A stretch of DNA of 64,000 nucleotides from Candidatus Curtissbacteria bacterium (GCA_016183325.1 JACPEV010000009.1:1303-65302); one strand, 5' to 3'. Positions 29,707 through 41,201 are shown, counted from the first letter of the stretch. The notes: generated from the sequence alone by a model not told the origin. Numbers and translations are program-made.

Positions 29707-30882
29707 ATGAAAAATACTTTTTTCATCAAAACCTTTGGTTGTCAGCAAAATTTAGCCGATTCCCAGCGGATTGCAAGCTACTATCTTGCTCGCGGTTACC
29801 GTCAGACCAACACTATGGAGTCGGCAAGTGAAATTGTTATCAACACGTGCATGATTCGTCAAACCGCAGAGGACAAAGTTACGGGTCTTGTTAAAAATAT
29901 CTTAAAACAATCAGCTCTCCGAGCCAGAGGCTCTCTGAGCCGGAGGCCCAAAATTGTCATCACGGGCTGCATGGTGGGCATGGCTGTTCGCGACGAAACT
30001 GGCAAGTATTTAAAAGCCCTAAGAAAAAGAATGCCTGAAGTCGACGAGTTTTTACCCCTTGAGGAAGTTGGTTTCGATTATCCTGCCCTAAGAAATGATG
30101 TTACACATAGCTGGGTCCCGATCTCAAACGGTTGCAACAATTTCTGCACCTTTTGTGTCGTGCCCTTCACACGTGGTCGGGAAGTATCCCGTCCATTTGA
30201 GGACATAATCTCAGAAATCAAAGAATTAGCCAGCATTGGCTGCAGGGAAGTTACCTTACTCGGTCAAAACGTCAATTCCTATGGAGCCGACTTAGTAAAA
30301 AACTCAAAAGGCTACAAATTGCCAAATGGTAGGCTAGTCAAACCGGTAATGGTCAAACACTTGGGTCGTTATCGTATTCCGACGTTGTTTCCATATCTTT
30401 TGGAAGAAGTTTGCAAAATCAAAGGCATTAAGATCGTTAAGTTTATTTCCTCAAACCCTTGGGATTTTTCAGACGAACTAATTGATGTAATCACCAAAAA
30501 TAAAAAAATCGACAGAAATTTACACTTAGCAGTTCAGTCAGGAGATGACGGAGTTCTTAAAAGAATGAATAGATGGTACACGAGAGAAGAATATATTAAT
30601 CTGGTTAAAAAAATTAAATCAAAAATCAAAGGTGCTCAAATATCAACAGATATTATTGTTGGCTTTCCAGGCGAGACGGAAGACCAATTTAAAAATATTA
30701 TCAAACTCGCCAAAGAAGCAAACTTTGCCTATGCTTATGTCTCCAAATATTCCCAACGTCCCAATACTGCTGCAACCAAAGCTTTTCCGGATGATATTCC
30801 CCATACTGAAAAAGAACGTCGCTTCCACATTGTTGATCAGCTCATCAACCACAAGGGCAATCCCCGCTCAGCAGTTCACTGA
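29707..30882 (+). CDS. miaB: tRNA methylthiotransferase MiaB-like (no TRAM domain)
   Basis: TFGCQQN, NTC, TGC; radical SAM GCNNFCTFC; GQNVNSY; TDIIVGFPGET. Confidence 0.92.
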   Translation: MKNTFFIKTFGCQQNLADSQRIASYYLARGYRQTNTMESASEIVINTCMIRQTAEDKVTGLVKNILKQSALRARGSLSRRPKIVITGCMVGMAVRDETGKYLKALRKRMPEVDEFLPLEEVGFDYPALRNDVTHSWVPISNGCNNFCTFCVVPFTRGREVSRPFEDIISEIKELASIGCREVTLLGQNVNSYGADLVKNSKGYKLPNGRLVKPVMVKHLGRYRIPTLFPYLLEEVCKIKGIKIVKFISSNPWDFSDELIDVITKNKKIDRNLHLAVQSGDDGVLKRMNRWYTREEYINLVKKIKSKIKGAQISTDIIVGFPGETEDQFKNIIKLAKEANFAYAYVSKYSQRPNTAATKAFPDDIPHTEKERRFHIVDQLINHKGNPRSAVH

Positions 30883-30967
30883 ATTCGAATGTATCCGAAT
30901 GTAATTACTCCGAATGAATCCTAATATTCGGATAAATTAGGATTATTTAAATTCGGATGTATTCGGA

Positions 30968-32305
30968 TCATCTCCACGTCGGAAGCCACATATATTTATC
31001 TATCGCAGCTACTTCAATCGGCCAACCAGAGGAAATTGGATAAAAATAGAAGAAAACAACAGCCACCAGAATTAAAAATATCAACACCAAATATTTCGCT
31101 CTACTTTTGTAAATTTGAAAAAGTGCCACTCCTAAAGCTATCGCCAAAAATGGAAGAGATGGAAGATAGTGGTGTAAAAAAAGTATCCTTGGGGTAAAAA
31201 CGAATGGTAGCCAAAAGATAAAGTATCCCAGAAGTATCAGTAAATATTTCTTTTCTCTTTCCGCAATCAACCGCCCTACAATATAAGAAATAGCCACTAA
31301 TCCTGCCCAAAAAATTAAAGGATTTCCAAGCGCATAAATATAACCGGCTTTTTCTCCCGCTTCGCCGCGAGGCGAGCGAGGCGAGCCGTATTGCTCGTAA
31401 GAAAAATACACGGGGCGTATATCAAGCGCCCAAGGGCAAAAAGTTTTTGGGCCACTGAGCCCTTTGGGAGCACAAAAAATCGGTGTCGTTGCGTACGAAT
31501 GCTCAAGATCTCCTCGACTTTGATACCACCAAATTTGTTGGTGCAAGTTATAAAATTGTTTAAAAGTGTAACCTTGAAGCCAAAATTGGCTGTAAGACAG
31601 AAGGTAAATCACTCCCGGGATAATAAATAAACTCAAAATTTTAGGGCTCACTAGCTTCTGCTTGAAATCATCCCAGAAGATATAAATAAAAAGAGCCAAT
31701 ATTGCCCAGAAACCTGTCCATTTAGTTGCAATCGAAAAACCTAAAAATAGACTCGTTAAAAATAAGAGAACTGATCTTTTCTTAACACCTCCGAGGTGGC
31801 TGAAGGACTCCTCGGAGGTGGACCTTACATAAAGAGCAGCAAAAATAAACGACATTAATACAAAAAATGTCACAAAAACGTCATTCATCGTAATGCGGCT
31901 CATGACAAATGTTAAATTTTCAAACGCTATAACAGTGGCAGCAAAAATCGCAACCACCGGCCCAAATAACAAATTAGCAAGAACAAAAGTTGCGCCAATT
32001 ATGCCTGTGCCAAAAATAGCACTTGGCAACCTCCACCCAAATGGCACGTCACCGAAAATCTTGATCGACCCCGCCTGAATCAACTTTGCCAGCGGTGGAT
32101 GCAGCCAATCATAAGCGGTTCCCTCTTTAGGTGCTGGAGAAAAAGGATCATAAGGCGCCGGATTATTGTCAGCGTAAGCTTTCGCCGTCACCGCATGATA
32201 AACTTCGTCAAAGTAGTAGTGACTGGGCTCTGTCAATCGGAATAAACGGATCGCCAAGGAAAAAACTGTCAAAAATATAAGAAGAACAAAAATTATTCTA
32301 TTCAT
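30968..32305 (-). CDS. Protein O-mannosyltransferase (PMT/GT39) family
   Basis: YFDEVYH, HPPLAK, FGWR, TKW, GNPLIFW, FLHHYLP. Confidence 0.88.
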   Translation of the reverse strand: MNRIIFVLLIFLTVFSLAIRLFRLTEPSHYYFDEVYHAVTAKAYADNNPAPYDPFSPAPKEGTAYDWLHPPLAKLIQAGSIKIFGDVPFGWRLPSAIFGTGIIGATFVLANLLFGPVVAIFAATVIAFENLTFVMSRITMNDVFVTFFVLMSFIFAALYVRSTSEESFSHLGGVKKRSVLLFLTSLFLGFSIATKWTGFWAILALFIYIFWDDFKQKLVSPKILSLFIIPGVIYLLSYSQFWLQGYTFKQFYNLHQQIWWYQSRGDLEHSYATTPIFCAPKGLSGPKTFCPWALDIRPVYFSYEQYGSPRSPRGEAGEKAGYIYALGNPLIFWAGLVAISYIVGRLIAEREKKYLLILLGYFIFWLPFVFTPRILFLHHYLPSLPFLAIALGVALFQIYKSRAKYLVLIFLILVAVVFFYFYPISSGWPIEVAAIDKYMWLPTWR

Positions 32306-32312
32306 CTTAAAT

Positions 32313-34010
32313 TTAAAAATTTGGTCTCAATCTCAATATTAATAAAATCATTAAAACAATTAAAGAAGCAATACTGATACTATTACCAATATTTCGAATA
32401 GGAGTATTTTTAAAAATCAATTTTATGTTATGGGTCCCTTTTTCGATGTAAAAATTGATCAACCCATGTTTATCTTTAGATAAGGGGGTTTCTTTATTGT
32501 CGATATATAGCTTCCAACCAGGGAAATAAAAAGTATTAGCTCGAATTTGTGCAGTTTGAAAACTAGTGATGTTTGCTGAATATAAAAGGTTATCTTTTCG
32601 TATGTTAGTAATGCTGCTTGATAAACTATCATCTTCAAAAAATGGATGAGTCCATGCAGGGCCACGATTTTCAATAAGTTTAAGTAGCTGATAGTAAGAT
32701 TGTCTAGGCGGCCCAAATTCAGTTTCTGGGAATAGTCCAGAATTAGTCTTAATCATAGTTATATAATCTACGTCTGTAAAAGAAAAACGTGTTGTTATTA
32801 CTTTTGAATACGGCCAATATAAAAATAAAGATAACACAATTATTACAAACGAAAACATTAATTGAAACTTCTTAATTATGACCACAATTATTGAAACTAG
32901 AGCGGCAACTGCAAATGTGGCAATTTCGAGAAACCTCCAAGGGAAGATAATAAATTTCAAGAAAGAAAAGACTTCATAAATTGAAGAGGAGGCCTTCGTT
33001 ATAAAATAAATAGAGGCCATGAAAATAATTAATAAGAAAATCCCCAGGGAGATTAAATGATTCGTGGGCTTACTTCTGATTTTAGATTTATTTATAACTA
33101 ATAAAAAAATGAACACAATTGGTATTACTATATGAACAAGACCTAACTGAAAAGACATAGAATTTTCTTGATTTGATGGAACAGCAAAATGATATTGCCA
33201 CTTCGAATAAATAATTGATTTCAGTGAAGGATAACCATTATCGAAATGATAAGCATTAGAAATATTTGTAAATTTGTTTTCTAAAATTGCCGGTATCCAG
33301 AAAAAAGCAGCCAAACCAAGTCCAAGTACAAAAACATAAATACTATTTATAAAAAACTTTAAATTAGCCTTAAGTCTTAGTTGCAAATAAAACGCGTAAA
33401 TAAAATATAAACCAGCCCCGATTAAAGACATGATATTATGGTTAAGAATAAACAGCATCCAAACTACACTGGTCCATAATGGAAATGTCTTTTGTTTCGA
33501 ATTATAAGCACAAGTTATCAAATAAAATAAGATTGGGAAAAAAAGAAAAGAAGTCGTCTCGCCAAGAGCCCCTCTTATAAAAATATCGGTAAATTGGTAG
33601 GGGGCCCATAAATATAATGTACTTCCAACTAAGGCAGCGAGGTCATTCTTCAAAAGTTTTTTAAGAAATAATAAAGAGAATATTCCTGAGAGTATATATC
33701 CAATACCAAATACCCCCTTAATGCTTGATTGATATGAAAAACCTAAAGAATGAAGAAGACTCCCTACATAATAGGGAAGGTTATAATTTAAAATAAATAC
33801 AGGTGATCCATAACCAGCCATCCATGTTGGAAGCCACCTTACAGGAAACTGCCCATCTCTAAGTGCTTCATTAAAATGGGCAAGCCGCATAATATGGGTA
33901 AATCCATCATGAGTATCAAAAAAACCAGGAAGAAAAAGTTCACGGATACCAATCAATGAAACTATTACTATTATTAAAAGTGGAACTAATATTCCTTGTG
34001 TGTTTTTCAC
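32313..34010 (-). CDS. GT-C fold membrane glycosyltransferase-like (YfhO / PTPS-related membrane family)
   Basis: THDG...H, GYGSPVF..NYNLPYY, RGALGE, FPWRF, FYFPGW. Confidence 0.75.
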   Translation of the reverse strand: MKNTQGILVPLLIIVIVSLIGIRELFLPGFFDTHDGFTHIMRLAHFNEALRDGQFPVRWLPTWMAGYGSPVFILNYNLPYYVGSLLHSLGFSYQSSIKGVFGIGYILSGIFSLLFLKKLLKNDLAALVGSTLYLWAPYQFTDIFIRGALGETTSFLFFPILFYLITCAYNSKQKTFPLWTSVVWMLFILNHNIMSLIGAGLYFIYAFYLQLRLKANLKFFINSIYVFVLGLGLAAFFWIPAILENKFTNISNAYHFDNGYPSLKSIIYSKWQYHFAVPSNQENSMSFQLGLVHIVIPIVFIFLLVINKSKIRSKPTNHLISLGIFLLIIFMASIYFITKASSSIYEVFSFLKFIIFPWRFLEIATFAVAALVSIIVVIIKKFQLMFSFVIIVLSLFLYWPYSKVITTRFSFTDVDYITMIKTNSGLFPETEFGPPRQSYYQLLKLIENRGPAWTHPFFEDDSLSSSITNIRKDNLLYSANITSFQTAQIRANTFYFPGWKLYIDNKETPLSKDKHGLINFYIEKGTHNIKLIFKNTPIRNIGNSISIASLIVLMILLILRLRPNF

Positions 34011-34149
34011 AATAGAATTGATATAAATTTTCTCTAAATCAGTTTATCAGGATGGCTTATCTAGATCAAAAAACAGTTGTTATACTCTTAAAAAAAATGG
34101 TTAAAGTTGCTGTTAACTTCGATGGTTTAGCCCAACCATTTAATTTATA

Positions 34150-36078
34150 ATGGATTTAATGCTATTAACTATTTTAGTGATTATAATTACGGTTTTTTTT
34201 GGATATGCTATTTTAAGTCTTTTCGCAACGCAATTGAGATTCAACGAAAAAATAGCTTCTAGTTTTATAATTGGAATCTCGTTATATTCATTATTAACCT
34301 TTTTGATTGCGAATGTCTTTAAGTTAAGTTTTTTAACTATTTTTTTCTCTACAACAATTGTTGTCTTATTTGCGGTAGTAATTTTGGTAAAAAGAAAATC
34401 CTATTATTTCAAAGATTTTTTAACATCTCATGAGCAAATAAAAAATTTTTTGAAAAACAAGTATTTACTATTCACTTTTATTTTTTTCACCATTCTTTTT
34501 TCTAAAATTTTTTACCAAACTTTCGTTCCTGAAAAAGCCGGCTTTTATGCAGGTTCACTAGGATTTTGGGGTGATGGCGCTTTGCATCTCACATTGATTA
34601 ACTCCTTTTTTAAAGGAGATAATTTTTGGCCCCAACAACCACTTTTTGCAGGTGTTAAATTAAGCTATCCGTTTTTACCGGACTTCACCAGTAGTATTTT
34701 CCTAAAGTTGGGAAGTTCAGTGCGCACTGCTATAGCACTTCCTTCTGTACTATTACTTTCCGCATCAATCTTGCTTCTCTACTCGATTTTCCATCAAATA
34801 ACTAAATCTAAGCTTGCCGCTTCTCTAGCAATCTTCATAATATTTTTCCTTGGCGGTTTAGGTTTTATCTACTTCTTCGAGGATTTGGTCAGGACCAATT
34901 TCGCATTTTCTACATTTGCATATCCTCCAAGAGAATACACATCGATGGGAAACGAGAAAGGTATCCACTACATTAATCTAATTACATCTCCTATAGTTTC
35001 TCAAAGAGCCTTTTTATTTGGTTTTCCTCTGATTTTGGTAATTTATATGGTCTTAAGAGAGGCTTTGGAAAAGTTAGACGTAAAACAATTTATTTTCGCT
35101 GGTCTATTAGTAGGTGTTCTGCCATTTATACACAGTCACACTCTTCTGACCTTGGGAATTGCGTTGCCTGTATTTGCTTTAGTTAACCTAATTAATAGGC
35201 CAAAGTCCGAAATAAAAAAGCTCTTTTTATTGTGGACCATTTTTGGAATAATCGCTGCTGCTCTAATTGTCCCACAACTTTTATTGTTTTTTCCCCGGGA
35301 CATCTCGGTTAACACTCTGCGGTTTCAATTTGGCTGGATGGCTCATGTTAAAAATGACAATATTTTTTGGTTTTGGATCAAAAATACTGGCCTTTTAATA
35401 CCTTTAATTATATTGTCTCCAATAGTTTTAGGAAAACAGAAATTTATCAAACTCTTTAAGTTTTATTTGCCATTTTTGGGAATTTTCATTGTTGCAAATT
35501 TTATTATATTCCAACCCTTAGAATACGATAACAGTAAAGTTTTTAACTATTGGTATATTTTTTCCGCACCGCTTGCTGCAACAGTAATTATAAACTTTTT
35601 AAAGAGGAATTCACTGTTTAAAATTATTGGGGTGGTTCTTTTTATCGTCCTTATCTTATCAGGTTTTTTAGATGTTTGGCGCTTGAATAATTATCAAGAG
35701 AACAGAATTCTAATGTTTGATAATGAAAGTATTAAACTTGCTGATTTTGTTTCTATTCATACTGAACCAAGATCAATTTTTGTTACGGCCATTCAACACA
35801 ATCATTCTGTCTTAGCTCTTGCAGGAAGAAGGGTTTTAGTTGGTTACACTGGATGGTTGTGGACTTACAGTATTAACTATGGTCCACGTGAGCAAGATGT
35901 CAGAATGATCTATCAAGGGGGCAATCTATCCCAAAACTTACTTAATAAATATAGCGTTAATTATCTTGTTATCGGGCCAGTAGAGAGTTCGCAGTTTCAA
36001 ATAAATGAACAATTTTTCGAGCAAAATTTCGCCCGTATTTACTCAACGCCTGCGTATCGAGTTTATAAAATATCATGA
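34150..36078 (+). CDS. GT-C-like polytopic membrane protein, paralogue A
   Basis: WGDGALH, P.FAG..LSYPF, QRAF, FW.KNTG, DN.K, LAGRR...GY.G.LW. Confidence 0.7.
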   Translation: MDLMLLTILVIIITVFFGYAILSLFATQLRFNEKIASSFIIGISLYSLLTFLIANVFKLSFLTIFFSTTIVVLFAVVILVKRKSYYFKDFLTSHEQIKNFLKNKYLLFTFIFFTILFSKIFYQTFVPEKAGFYAGSLGFWGDGALHLTLINSFFKGDNFWPQQPLFAGVKLSYPFLPDFTSSIFLKLGSSVRTAIALPSVLLLSASILLLYSIFHQITKSKLAASLAIFIIFFLGGLGFIYFFEDLVRTNFAFSTFAYPPREYTSMGNEKGIHYINLITSPIVSQRAFLFGFPLILVIYMVLREALEKLDVKQFIFAGLLVGVLPFIHSHTLLTLGIALPVFALVNLINRPKSEIKKLFLLWTIFGIIAAALIVPQLLLFFPRDISVNTLRFQFGWMAHVKNDNIFWFWIKNTGLLIPLIILSPIVLGKQKFIKLFKFYLPFLGIFIVANFIIFQPLEYDNSKVFNYWYIFSAPLAATVIINFLKRNSLFKIIGVVLFIVLILSGFLDVWRLNNYQENRILMFDNESIKLADFVSIHTEPRSIFVTAIQHNHSVLALAGRRVLVGYTGWLWTYSINYGPREQDVRMIYQGGNLSQNLLNKYSVNYLVIGPVESSQFQINEQFFEQNFARIYSTPAYRVYKIS

Positions 36079-36100
36079 GAATTAAAACTTTATCTTTTTA

Positions 36101-37463
36101 ATGCGTACAACTTTATTCACCATTTTGCTGTTGTTGATTACAATTTTAGGTTTAATTCTACGATTTTTAGATTATGACAAATTCCCTCCATTTGATGCCA
36201 CTAAGGATGAATTCTTTTATTCTTGGGCAGGGATGTCTTTAATTCAAACGGGTACTCCAAAATCTTGGTCAATATTTAACGCATATCCAGATGGAGAACT
36301 TGTTTATAAATGGGGTACATGGTATAGGTTAGTTTCTCCTTGGTTAGATAAACCTCCGTTATATTCTTTAATTACTGGTTCATGGGTTTTATTAAATGGT
36401 GCAAGAGATCTATTCGATGTACGTCTATCCATCTTGAGAGTTATCCTTATTTTTTAAAGTTTTTTCACTATTTTCTTAACCGGTATATTAGCTAAAAAAA
36501 TTTTCTCGCCAACAGTCGGAATTCTTGCCTCATTGCTATATGCATTCACTCCGACCATAGTAATATCTAATCGTCTTTCACTTACTGAAAACTTACTAAC
36601 ACCGCTCTCTCTTCTTACTCTTTGGTTTTTCTCCCAAAATCAACAGGGGATATGGTCAAAAATCAAACCTTGGGTCGTCGGATTGACTTGCGGCTTGGCT
36701 CTCATCTCCAAAAATATCGCCATCACCTTGCCAGCTGTCTTAATCTGGTTGCTTTTCGAGAAAAAACAATGGCGTAATTTATTAATCATTGCTGCATTTT
36801 CTTTATTCTTTGCCTTAATCCATCCCCTTATCGGTCTTTATTACAATTGGGATCTTTATCTTGCAGTCTTGGCCGATTATGGAAAGGCCCACAGTCTGGG
36901 ATTACCCAAGCTAGTTACTACTCTCTTCAGATTCCCCGTCATTGGCCATAAAGAAGCCATTTTCCTAGATGGATCCATACTCGCAGGCTATATTCTTTTT
37001 TTTCAGTTCGCCGTTTTGGCTAAAAGGCAAATTAGAAGATATGAATCTTAAACTACTGTTAGCTTTTCCCTTTGCTACTCTGGTTCTCCTTTCAGAATTA
37101 GAAGGCGGAAAGACCTTTTTCGGTTGGCACCTATTTCCTCTATTTCCGTTTCTCTCGATACTTCTGGCCAAAGCCTTTTACGATCTCTGGCAAAATCCCA
37201 ATTTATTAAAATCATTGTTTTTCTATCTAATTCTCGGCTCATCAACGGTCCGCTTTTTTCTACTCTTGACACTCCAATCTCAAAAATCATGGCAATGGAT
37301 TTTAGGGACGTTGTTGGTAATTTTAATTGTTGGATTTTTCCCGAAAACTGCCTATCGACGAATTGTCTTACTGGCTTACTTTATGGTGTTTTTCGTTGTC
37401 AATGTTTTAGTAGTCATCAATCTAAACCAAATTTATCCCAGCTATCCGCAACCCTTAGAGTAA
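36101..37463 (+). pseudogene. ArnT/PMT_2-like glycosyltransferase interrupted by an in-frame stop and a frameshift
   Basis: DEFFY, DKPPLY, SRL-like NRLSLTEN; TAA at 36455-36457 in frame with ORF 36533; frame change in T8 at 36996-37003. Confidence 0.75.
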
Positions 37464-39251
37464 GAGAACTAAGTATTTCTGATTCTGGTAGACTTTTTTG
37501 AACTGTTGTGGAGCTTCGAAGTTATATTTATCGACGGGAATTACTATGTATTTAACAGGTACCTCCAAATTACCAATCTGCGAAAAATTACCAGCTAAAA
37601 TTTGATTAACTTCTTGTTCCCGCTTACCATAATCAATTCCATGAACCCAAAGATGTCCGGGATAACCGATGTAAACTAAACGTCCAGCCAATCCAGAAAT
37701 TGGGTTGACAGGAGTTGGTTCAACTATAAACACGTCACGAGTATTGGTGTTTGATTTTGCCCAATTGGCAAGATCAATATCCCAATTGTCATAAAGTACG
37801 TATCTATTTTTTAATTGCAATTCTAAAGATAAAGATCCGCTGGCGATAGAGATCAGGATAATTACTCCGGCAGTGACCTTTGCGACTAGTCCCTTTTGGG
37901 CAAGTTTTGCAAGCAAAAATCCAGTCAAAATCACAAAAAACAAGAAAGACCACGATAAAAGCTTTATATTATCCCAATCCCAAGGCTGAAAAATCACCAA
38001 ATTGGCGATTATAAAAACCACAAAAGCAGGAATAAAGAATATTTTTTGATCACGCTTTACAAACCAAAACCCCAGTATTGCCAAAGGAATTGTCAAAAAC
38101 GTATTTTTAAGCCAAAAGACTAGAATATTTTCATCCCCATTTTGCCAACCCAGACTTGTATGCAAGAATTGACTAACTTGATGATTTGTAAAAAACAAAA
38201 ATAAAAAGGGGACCATCGTCGCAACAGCCACCAAACCCATTGAAGAAAAATCAACAAATGCTTTTTTGAAATTTTGTCGCATTGACCAGACAGCAAAGAT
38301 TGCACTAACAATTGAGAAGAAAATAAAAGAGTGTGTATGCCAGAAAGGCAAAGATCCCAAAATCAGACCGTTAATCAACAAAAGCTTTCTATCCTTTGGC
38401 CCGAAATATTCCATGAAATTTGAAAACATCAAAAGCCCTAAGAAAAGCCCCGGCAAAAAACTTCTCTCAGACAATACAAGTCCTGTCAAGATATTGCGAA
38501 AGTATAAATTATATTGGGCATTATCAGTATAATCTTTTGTCAAAAATTGCCAAAAGCCTCCACCTTGAGTACCCCATTCATTTAAAAAGAAAATTACGCC
38601 AACACCCCAACCCAAAAATAAAATCAAAAGTGAGATCACAAAACCTATATCCGAAGTAAATTTTCTACAAATCTGATAGAAGAGAACCAAAAATCCTATC
38701 AAAAACAAAATCTGTGGTAAGGAAAATGCTAAATTGAAATTTAAACCGGCGATTTTTAGTGTTGACGAAAGTAAATCATTGGCAAATGGATAAACTAAAA
38801 TGCGGCCTGCAAAAAGAGGATTCTGGATTGGAAACTCACCGGTTGTCAGTCGTGAAGTATAGGCGGCATGCAGAGCCGAGTCTCCATACATCCCACCGCC
38901 ACCAGTTTTTAATCCAACGCTTGTTGCAGCCAGGGTTTGGGTCAGCCAAATATAAGCCAATAACATCGTTGTAACTGCGGTGACTGCCAAAAATACTGGC
39001 GAAATTTCGCCAAAATCGTTCTTCGGTTTAAACTTCACAAAAATTGTCAATGCCAAGATTCCTGCCACAATCAGTGCTACAATAACCCCATTGAATAAAC
39101 CTAGAAAAAAAGAAAAAAGCAGCGCAAGCTCGCCAAAAACAAAAAGACCTAAAGCCGGTGCCACCAATAACCTGTATGGCCAGCCAAAATTTTTAGGCAA
39201 AATAGGGACAAATCCTATCCCCAAGGCCGCAATAGCCAAAAGCAAAAGCAT
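37455..39251 (-). CDS. GT-C-like polytopic membrane protein, paralogue B
   Basis: YGDSALH, QNPLFAG, ERSF, FWLKNT, WDNIK, LAGR...GYPGHLW. Confidence 0.7.
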   Translation of the reverse strand: MLLLLAIAALGIGFVPILPKNFGWPYRLLVAPALGLFVFGELALLFSFFLGLFNGVIVALIVAGILALTIFVKFKPKNDFGEISPVFLAVTAVTTMLLAYIWLTQTLAATSVGLKTGGGGMYGDSALHAAYTSRLTTGEFPIQNPLFAGRILVYPFANDLLSSTLKIAGLNFNLAFSLPQILFLIGFLVLFYQICRKFTSDIGFVISLLILFLGWGVGVIFFLNEWGTQGGGFWQFLTKDYTDNAQYNLYFRNILTGLVLSERSFLPGLFLGLLMFSNFMEYFGPKDRKLLLINGLILGSLPFWHTHSFIFFSIVSAIFAVWSMRQNFKKAFVDFSSMGLVAVATMVPFLFLFFTNHQVSQFLHTSLGWQNGDENILVFWLKNTFLTIPLAILGFWFVKRDQKIFFIPAFVVFIIANLVIFQPWDWDNIKLLSWSFLFFVILTGFLLAKLAQKGLVAKVTAGVIILISIASGSLSLELQLKNRYVLYDNWDIDLANWAKSNTNTRDVFIVEPTPVNPISGLAGRLVYIGYPGHLWVHGIDYGKREQEVNQILAGNFSQIGNLEVPVKYIVIPVDKYNFEAPQQFKKVYQNQKYLVLLL

Positions 39252-39293
39252 GATATTAGTATATTTAGTATATAGAGTACAATACTTGCAGTC

Positions 39294-41201
39294 ATGGGCT
39301 CAATTTTTTTGCTTCTCTCCTCATTTATCTCTGGCCTGGCAACTTTAGAATTAACCCAGATTGTTTTGCCTTGGCCAGTGCGTGCTGTTTTTGCCACCGT
39401 TTTAGGTCTTATTATTAATACTTTAGCCATCTTTTTAGTTTCTCTATTTGTAAAATTTAATCTGATCAGTGTCCTGGTAACAATCTTTTTAATTTCTTTG
39501 CCTTCATTAATTTATTTAATTAAAAAATCTTCGTTTCAAAATATTATTGAAGATAATCTGGATATTAAAAAGAATTGGCAGATAATTTTAGGATTTTCGA
39601 TCATTACAATTTTTTTAATTTTAATTTTTAGCAAATCTATTTTCGTCAATTCCAGTGGCATCATCGCAGGCAACCGTCTCGTTTGGACCGATTGGCCAGT
39701 CCACATAGCCATCATTACATCGTTTGTGAAAGGTGATAATTTCCCGCCCCAGAACCCATTATATGCAGGCCAACTTATCTCCTATCCTTTCCTCTCAAAT
39801 TTTCTCTCAAGTGTCTTGCAGATTTTAGGCGCTAGCCTAAAAACCTCTCTGGTTCTTCCGGGCATACTTCTTGGACTGTCGGCAATAACAACCGTCTATT
39901 TTTTGGGGATTCTCTTAACAGCCCAAAAACAGATGGCCATCACAGGACTTTTGATCGGCGTTTTTTGGGGAGGATTGGGATTTTTATATTACGCTGTCGA
40001 CCTGCTTTCATCACCCAATTTTATTGAAACACTCAAGTTTCCTCCAATAGAGTACACTTTTTATCATCTCAAAAATTTATGGTTTTTCTCATTTTTGTAC
40101 TCTGAACTTTTACCTCAAAGGGCTTTCCTCTTTGGCCTGCCAATGTTTTTTATGGCACTGATACTCTTGATTCTTGGATTATCCCACCATAAAAAGACCT
40201 ATTTACTAGTCGCTGGTTATTTGGTTGGCATCATGCCCTTTTTCCATATGCATTCTTATCTTAGCTTCTTACTTTTCAGTGTTATTTTTATTCCGCTTGC
40301 GCAAGTTACCAGTTTAAAAAAAAATGGCCAAACTTCGACCAAAAGACAACTAATCTATGTCATTATTTATTTTGCCCTGCCCATCATTGGTCTTGGTTTA
40401 ATTCAACTCCCGTTTTTGCTTTCAATTAATTTAAATCAAACTTTTGGTTTTAACTGGGGCTGGATGAAAGAGCAAGAAAACTTTTTTTTATTTTGGTTTA
40501 AAAATACCGGATTCTTCTGGCCTCTATGGCTCTTTGCAATTTTCAAAACCAAATTAAATCAACTTGTCAAAAATGTGGCCATTGCCTCAGCAATTTTATT
40601 TATACTACCTAATATTTTTCGCTTTGCTCCCTGGCCCTATGACAATCTAAAAATTATGACTTATTGGTATTTAATCGGCGCTTTTTTAGTTGCCATTGCC
40701 CTAGTAGAAATCTACAAAAAAGGTCTTTCGGGGAAAATTTTGGCCATCGCTCTTTTTATTTCTCTGACTGCATCAGGAGCAATCGAGGTTTTTCGAATTT
40801 TCAATACCCCAAAAACTCAAATTCCTCTTTGGTCCTCAAAGGACATCGAACTTTCAAACTCTATCATTAAAAATACCGAAGCAGAGTCAGTAATCTTAAC
40901 CGCCGCCGTCCACGATCATCCCGTAACTGCCCTTGCTGGCAGAAAAATCATCATTGGTTTTCCCGGCAACGCCTGGTCATGGGGACTTGCCGATTGGTCA
41001 CAAAGAGAAGCAGATGTTAGAACCATCCTCAAGGGTGATGCCATTTATGCTCCTTATCTTCTTGCCAAATATAAAGTCAACTATGTCCTGATCAGTCCTC
41101 GAGAAAGATATTTTGAACCGGGTTTAAATGAACAGTACTTTCAAGAGAAATTTACCTTTGTCATTGGCGATTCTGATTACAAATTGTTTAAAGTCCCATG
41201 A
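39294..41201 (+). CDS. GT-C-like polytopic membrane protein, paralogue C
   Basis: WTDWPVH, QNPLYAG, QRAF, FWFKNTG, YDNLK, LAGRK...GFPGNAW. Confidence 0.7.
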   Translation: MGSIFLLLSSFISGLATLELTQIVLPWPVRAVFATVLGLIINTLAIFLVSLFVKFNLISVLVTIFLISLPSLIYLIKKSSFQNIIEDNLDIKKNWQIILGFSIITIFLILIFSKSIFVNSSGIIAGNRLVWTDWPVHIAIITSFVKGDNFPPQNPLYAGQLISYPFLSNFLSSVLQILGASLKTSLVLPGILLGLSAITTVYFLGILLTAQKQMAITGLLIGVFWGGLGFLYYAVDLLSSPNFIETLKFPPIEYTFYHLKNLWFFSFLYSELLPQRAFLFGLPMFFMALILLILGLSHHKKTYLLVAGYLVGIMPFFHMHSYLSFLLFSVIFIPLAQVTSLKKNGQTSTKRQLIYVIIYFALPIIGLGLIQLPFLLSINLNQTFGFNWGWMKEQENFFLFWFKNTGFFWPLWLFAIFKTKLNQLVKNVAIASAILFILPNIFRFAPWPYDNLKIMTYWYLIGAFLVAIALVEIYKKGLSGKILAIALFISLTASGAIEVFRIFNTPKTQIPLWSSKDIELSNSIIKNTEAESVILTAAVHDHPVTALAGRKIIIGFPGNAWSWGLADWSQREADVRTILKGDAIYAPYLLAKYKVNYVLISPRERYFEPGLNEQYFQEKFTFVIGDSDYKLFKVP

